Source: Raillietiella orientalis (taxonomy: Eukaryota). From it: a stretch of 64,000 nucleotides of DNA. How positions within the stretch are numbered: position 1 is the stretch's first letter; each line of letters begins with the position of its first letter. This document shows, piece by piece, positions 59,105 through 64,000 of the stretch. The stretch lies in NCBI GenBank assembly GCA_036172245.1, contig JAYWIR010000001.1, positions 5,208,001-5,272,000 on the forward strand, in the 5' to 3' direction. Made by a program: the position numbers and the translations under genes. The notes under the pieces were generated by a model. The model saw nothing but the letters and a program-made list of their open reading frames with translations, searched no databases and was not told the origin of the DNA.

Positions 59105-61348
59105 GTCAGAAGCATACTTTAATCAGAACTTCTTCCAACTTACCATTTCTTCTTTTCCTGGATGGTTATCGATCCACAGCGATTTACTCGTTCATTTGTT
59201 CCGAAAGCAGCTCAGAAGGATAGGGAATCTGCTTATTCTTTATTCCGTCCTACCATTCAGAAATTTTCGGATCCTTTAAAAGTTATCTGAAATGCTTGAG
59301 GCTACGTATAGGGCCTTTTGTTGGTCGGTTTTACATAACAGACAAGAGCTGAATTCAAAAGCCTGGTAGAGCGGGGCTCCTTCCTTTTTTTTGTTTTATT
59401 TTCAATGGGTCCAAGGCGACGTAGCGACCGTAGGAAATGCTAACTGCGCTACTTTGCTCTCGGCATTCGTACACCAGGAATTGATAGGAAAGTATGATCT
59501 TATACAGCACAGAGAGCACCATCACACGGATTCCGCAGTCGTGATCTATGTCCCATTTCTGTTATCAGATGTTGGCAGCATGATTTTCAACACAGAATCA
59601 ATCCTCTGAGAACTTGTGTACGTCTCTCAAGAATGATGGCAGCTCGTCGCGTTAAGGCTCTTATTCGTCGTCATGACATCCTTCCGACAGATTCTGCTTG
59701 TCCTGACTTTTTCCCCGCATAGAATTCCGTAAGAAGGCGTGTACTTCTCTGAACGATGATTCGAAATGATCCTTCTTCGCTGCCGTTGAGGGAAAAGGAT
59801 TGCTTTCGAATATCTTCCCCGGTCATAACAGTCGCGCTGCTGGAAGAACTCGGCTCATCTCCCTCTCCTTCGCCCCGATTTCCGAAGGGACAAGCAAGTT
59901 CTGCTCCAGAGAATTTACAGCAACAAGAATTTCGCCATGCCCTCACCGAAAGTGCAATTCTGGACCCTCCAACTGCTCTTGCTGGATTGTCACGTTCAGT
60001 ATGCTTTTTCGGAGTCAGTGTTTCTGCAGGTGAAGGAAATCTTGAGCAGAGCAAGCTGAGTGCTTTCCACGAAGTTTTTCGAAATGCGGAGGTCCTCAAT
60101 CGAACAAAAAGCCACTACTTTCAGGGATTCTTTCTATCCTTGGCTTACTTCGTACTTTTTTCTTCTGTTTGGGTGTTTGTTTTTGTTTGTCATATTCCAT
60201 GCCTTCAGGTACGAGGGTATGGTACACAACAAATCTTAAAAGAGTATTAGAAGGGACCGTTATTCTTTACGCTGGAACTTTCGTGCATTCAAAGAGGAAC
60301 GATACAAATAGTATCCCTTTGAATCTATTGCATGAATACATGTACTCGTAGGCGAGCATGTACGAAAAGTATTATTTGCTCTTTTCCCAGGTTACAATCT
60401 TTTGTATTCACTAGAGGATCTTTGGTGAACACTTTGAAAAGGAAACCGCTGAAAAATGACTGCAGTATAAGGCAGTCAGCATGCCTCAGCAACGGTGAAC
60501 AACAGTAAAAGTACTAAGGTTTTCCAAGGTTGATTCAGGCTGATCCAACCGAAAATGCAGAGTCTAAGCCCGACTCGTATTTTGTGACCATCAGTGCTTC
60601 CGATACCCTTTGATCCCTGCTTTGCTTCATTTTTATCAGGCCTTTGCTTTGGACTGGAGCAGGGTTAGGATGTGCACTCGATGCACCCGTGTCCGCATCT
60701 TGACTCCATTAGTAGCTACACGTAGAGCGAGGTCGCCGTGTCTGCACAATGTCGAGTATTCCATTCCCCAGCCGAGCGAGAAGCGTCGTAGACGTGAATC
60801 TTAGGGTCAATTAATCCTTTATTTCGTGCATGATATACTGTTAGTAGTACCCACCAGAGTACACCATAATAGTAATAGGCACGACCACAAAAAGCATGCT
60901 GTCGTATGAAAGATGATTACAGAATTCTAAAATAGGCTTATGTTCCTTTAAATTCTTTCTATATTTAAAGCAAGGCTCCAGCAAAGTGTTTTTTTCGGGC
61001 TAGTTGTTGTTTCTTTCGCTCTGTTCCTTACTGTCGCTTGTAAGTCGAAACTGGAGATTTATGCTGGCTCCTTCATACCGGATGTATTTAGCTCCTTACA
61101 GGATTCCTCGTTAGCTTTTAGTATCTGCGGAGCTGCCTATCTCCATTAAGACAGAGCACGATGCCAAAAATGACAAATATATCAAGGAGATGCCTCATGT
61201 TATTTATTTCCATAATTGTCTTCCCTGATGTGTTTATTGGATGTTGCAAATAATTTCATAGAAACTTCGCAATCTCTCTATTTTGAAATCTTGTCTCTAT
61301 GTTTCAACTCACCCACTGTGTTAACAAATGTTTTTTGCTTTGTTTTAG

Positions 61349-61399
61349 ATACGAGCGGAAAAGCCTTATTATTCTCCTAATCCGGAACTGGATAGTTTG
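61349..61399 (+). CDS. hth: homothorax/Meis coding exon 4 (IRAEKPYYSPNPELDSL); gene continues beyond window
   Basis: Acceptor ...TTTGTTTTAG| at 61348 and donor GTAAAT at 61400. 51-nt phase-0 exon matching Meis IRAEKPLFSSNPELDNL. Not in the ORF track; read directly from the sequence. The next exon (MxQAIQVLRFHLLELEK) was not found before 64000. Confidence 0.93.
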
Positions 61400-64000
61400 G
61401 TAAATAATAATTTTGTTTTGTTTTGTTTTGTCCTCTGGTGGTGTTCAAATGTTAATTGGTTCAGCCGATGTAGTGCGATCTGTGTAGCTTTTCGTTGACC
61501 TCAGATACTGTGTTTCTATGACTCTGGGCATCACGAATGCGGACTGAGGAGACATGCGACCGCGTGGTGATTCACGATATTTTTCCCAGTTTGTCGATTC
61601 TTCCTTCCTCTCCCACTTTCCGTGAAGGAAATCCTCCGCGATTCCAACACGCCTTTTGCGCCTCTTTTCTCCGTGTTTACGGTACGCTTGCGATCGGAAA
61701 GCTGATTCGCTTTCGGTGGAGCTTAGGATAAAAATCGCCTCCCCCCCCTCCTCCTTCTCCCTCCCTCCCCCCTCGCCTGTAGAAGTCGTTCTCTGAGAAA
61801 AGTTTGTCAGAGAATGCACCAAAAAGCATACCTGCTCGGAGAATGCCAGAGTTTCTATCTCGACGCTAAAGGCTTGGGAAAGAAAGAACAGGGCGAAATT
61901 CTGGCTTGGTTCCCAGATTTACTTTTAGAACTGGAGATTTTTACATAGTGCCAAATATTATTTCTGAACGATGGGAAAATTTAAATGAAACGCCTCCGTC
62001 GCTAAAATTCCCGTTTTGTAGACAGCGTCTTCGGAATGGGCGGTCTTCATGCTGATCGGTCAGCGTCCCATGCTGTGTGCACTCATGTCGATTCGAGTCA
62101 TATTAAGGTTACATAAGAAGAAACACGAATGCAAATTACTTCGCTTCCCGTAAATTGCACGCACTAAGATCTCTCTGTCTGCGTTTTTTACGTGATTTCC
62201 GAAAGAAGGGAATCGATTCTCGGCATTCAGAGGCCGTTCGGCAAGAACGTCCCTGGAAGATGCAAAAATACACGAATCCTTGCTCTGTTTGATGAGCCAG
62301 AAAGCATCTCAGATCTCCACGAGTAAACCGAGGGAGTCAGTTCCAGGGTGCTCGGGAGCTTGCCCCCGTTGCTTAGCTACGCGCGCGAGGTGATGCCTAC
62401 ACACATGCATTGCGCCGAGGAGCGTCGATCAAGTAAATTAACAGCACGTGGAGATCTCATGCTGCTCAAACTGGGGATTCGTCCTTTAAACTCATGCGTA
62501 TCTCACTGTGTGCGGAACTCCTCGATATTTCCGTGTCTAAAAAAGCGTCCCACGAAATCCTGCCTTCCGCTTGTTGTGTTTTCGTTCGCTTCACTCCGTG
62601 ACAATTCACTTTCTTGGAAATCTCCAAAGATACCCTGTCCTTTAGAGGTTAACGGGTTAGAGTATCACCCAGAAAACAAATAATAAACAAGTTCTCGGGT
62701 CTCTTTCTCATCTAAGTTCAGTAATGCGTCCTTTGCGGAACGCTGCATTAGGCGCTACATGTGCCAGATTCGGGAGGGAGCGAATATCTGGAATTGAGAA
62801 AACATTCGAAATCTGTCATCCTCGAAACGTACTGTCCGCAAAAGCTATCTTAGCAGGTCGATAGCAAAACGGATATCTATAAACTGTATTTTCCGATACT
62901 CTGCACGTATTACTACCAGATATCCAATAAATTAGGAAGTATTGCTGCAAGAAGACAAGGCCCTTCGCTTAGATCATTTATTGTTAGATGGAATACATGA
63001 TTCAAAGAGACGTCAAGTTGTTTCCAAGTATTTAACTTTAAAGTACGCATCCCTTATTTAAATCGAGTGTTTTCATAAAATGGAAAGAAAAAAAAATTCT
63101 GAGATTCCTTCCTCGTGTAGTAGTTTGTTCCAATGCGCGTATCCAGCCGTTGTTTGTATCCCGCGATCCATTATTGGGAGGGATTTATCTTGAATCGCAG
63201 AATGTGCCATTAGGAGATGCCAGTTCCGGATGAAAATGAATAACGGTATTGGCTGAGGAAATAAAGGTTATTCCTACAAAACTAAGAATGCTTCTCTGAT
63301 GTACTTGGAGAAAATTGAATCTTTCATTCCGGAAATTCTATCAGGACTCTGTATTTACTTTGCTCGAAAGAAGATGCATAAAACCGAGATAAGTAATTAA
63401 CTGATAATAGACGAATTTTCCTTCTGATCGAATCGATGCTAACATATTTTTAAGCGTTTTGAGCGATTGCCTAAAATTGTGCTGTTCCACGAGAGCAGAA
63501 AGAAATGGACGCGCTTTTTAGAATGGCTGGATGCAAACATACAAATCACAGATTAACGTTCGTCGTAATTCATATTTGTAGTTTTCAGCGATTGAGGAAA
63601 AAAGTTTGTTACTTGCATATAATGACTGCAGAGACAGCCACATGTAGATAATGGCACAGGTATTTATTCCTATAGGTGATATACAAATGAGTTATATACA
63701 GTTTGTGAGCAAGCATGAACCTTACAAAGAGGATCGATAGAATGCTGGAAATTCCAAAGCAGCACCACGTGCAAAGTATTTTTATTGCACACGAAATGTT
63801 TACGAAGAGGCTTTCTTTCGGCCAAAAATTGAAGCCTTCGGTATTCTGGAACTTCGCAATCTCAGCACTGCTGTATTATATCTGGGTTCATTAATTCACT
63901 CGTATGATGAAATATTGTTTTCGTTTCGTATATTCAGGATGACGGTGTTCTGGATCTTTTTTATACAACCTGTTTTTCTTCCTTCTCTTGTCTTAAATTA

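Noticed and set aside
63925-63960. Possible hth exon 5 after TTCAG near the window end
   Set aside because: No frame gives the expected MxQAIQVLRFHLLELEK, so exon 5 must lie beyond the window.

Overview
Eukaryotic genomic DNA, arthropod and plausibly chelicerate from the Hth N-terminus. It has two compartments. (1) About 1-48 kb is very GC/CpG-rich with many GA-rich tracts, and its long ORFs look like compositional artefacts. By eye this compartment is a mosaic of about 15-20 strongly diverged, frameshifted copies of an unidentified ~1-3 kb unit ('family A') in both orientations. It also holds a second ~0.5 kb repeat ('family B': three tandem copies at 5.8-9.2 kb and an inverted copy at 41-41.8 kb) and one 5'-truncated, degenerate L1/Tx1-like retrotransposon inserted into family B with a decayed target-site duplication. 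(2) About 49-64 kb is AT-rich and holds the first four coding exons of a homothorax/Meis gene (+ strand) that continues past the window. A canonical Pbx/Exd-Meis/Hth decamer, TGATTGACAG, lies ~550 bp upstream of its ATG. All alignments were made by eye, so repeat boundaries are approximate.
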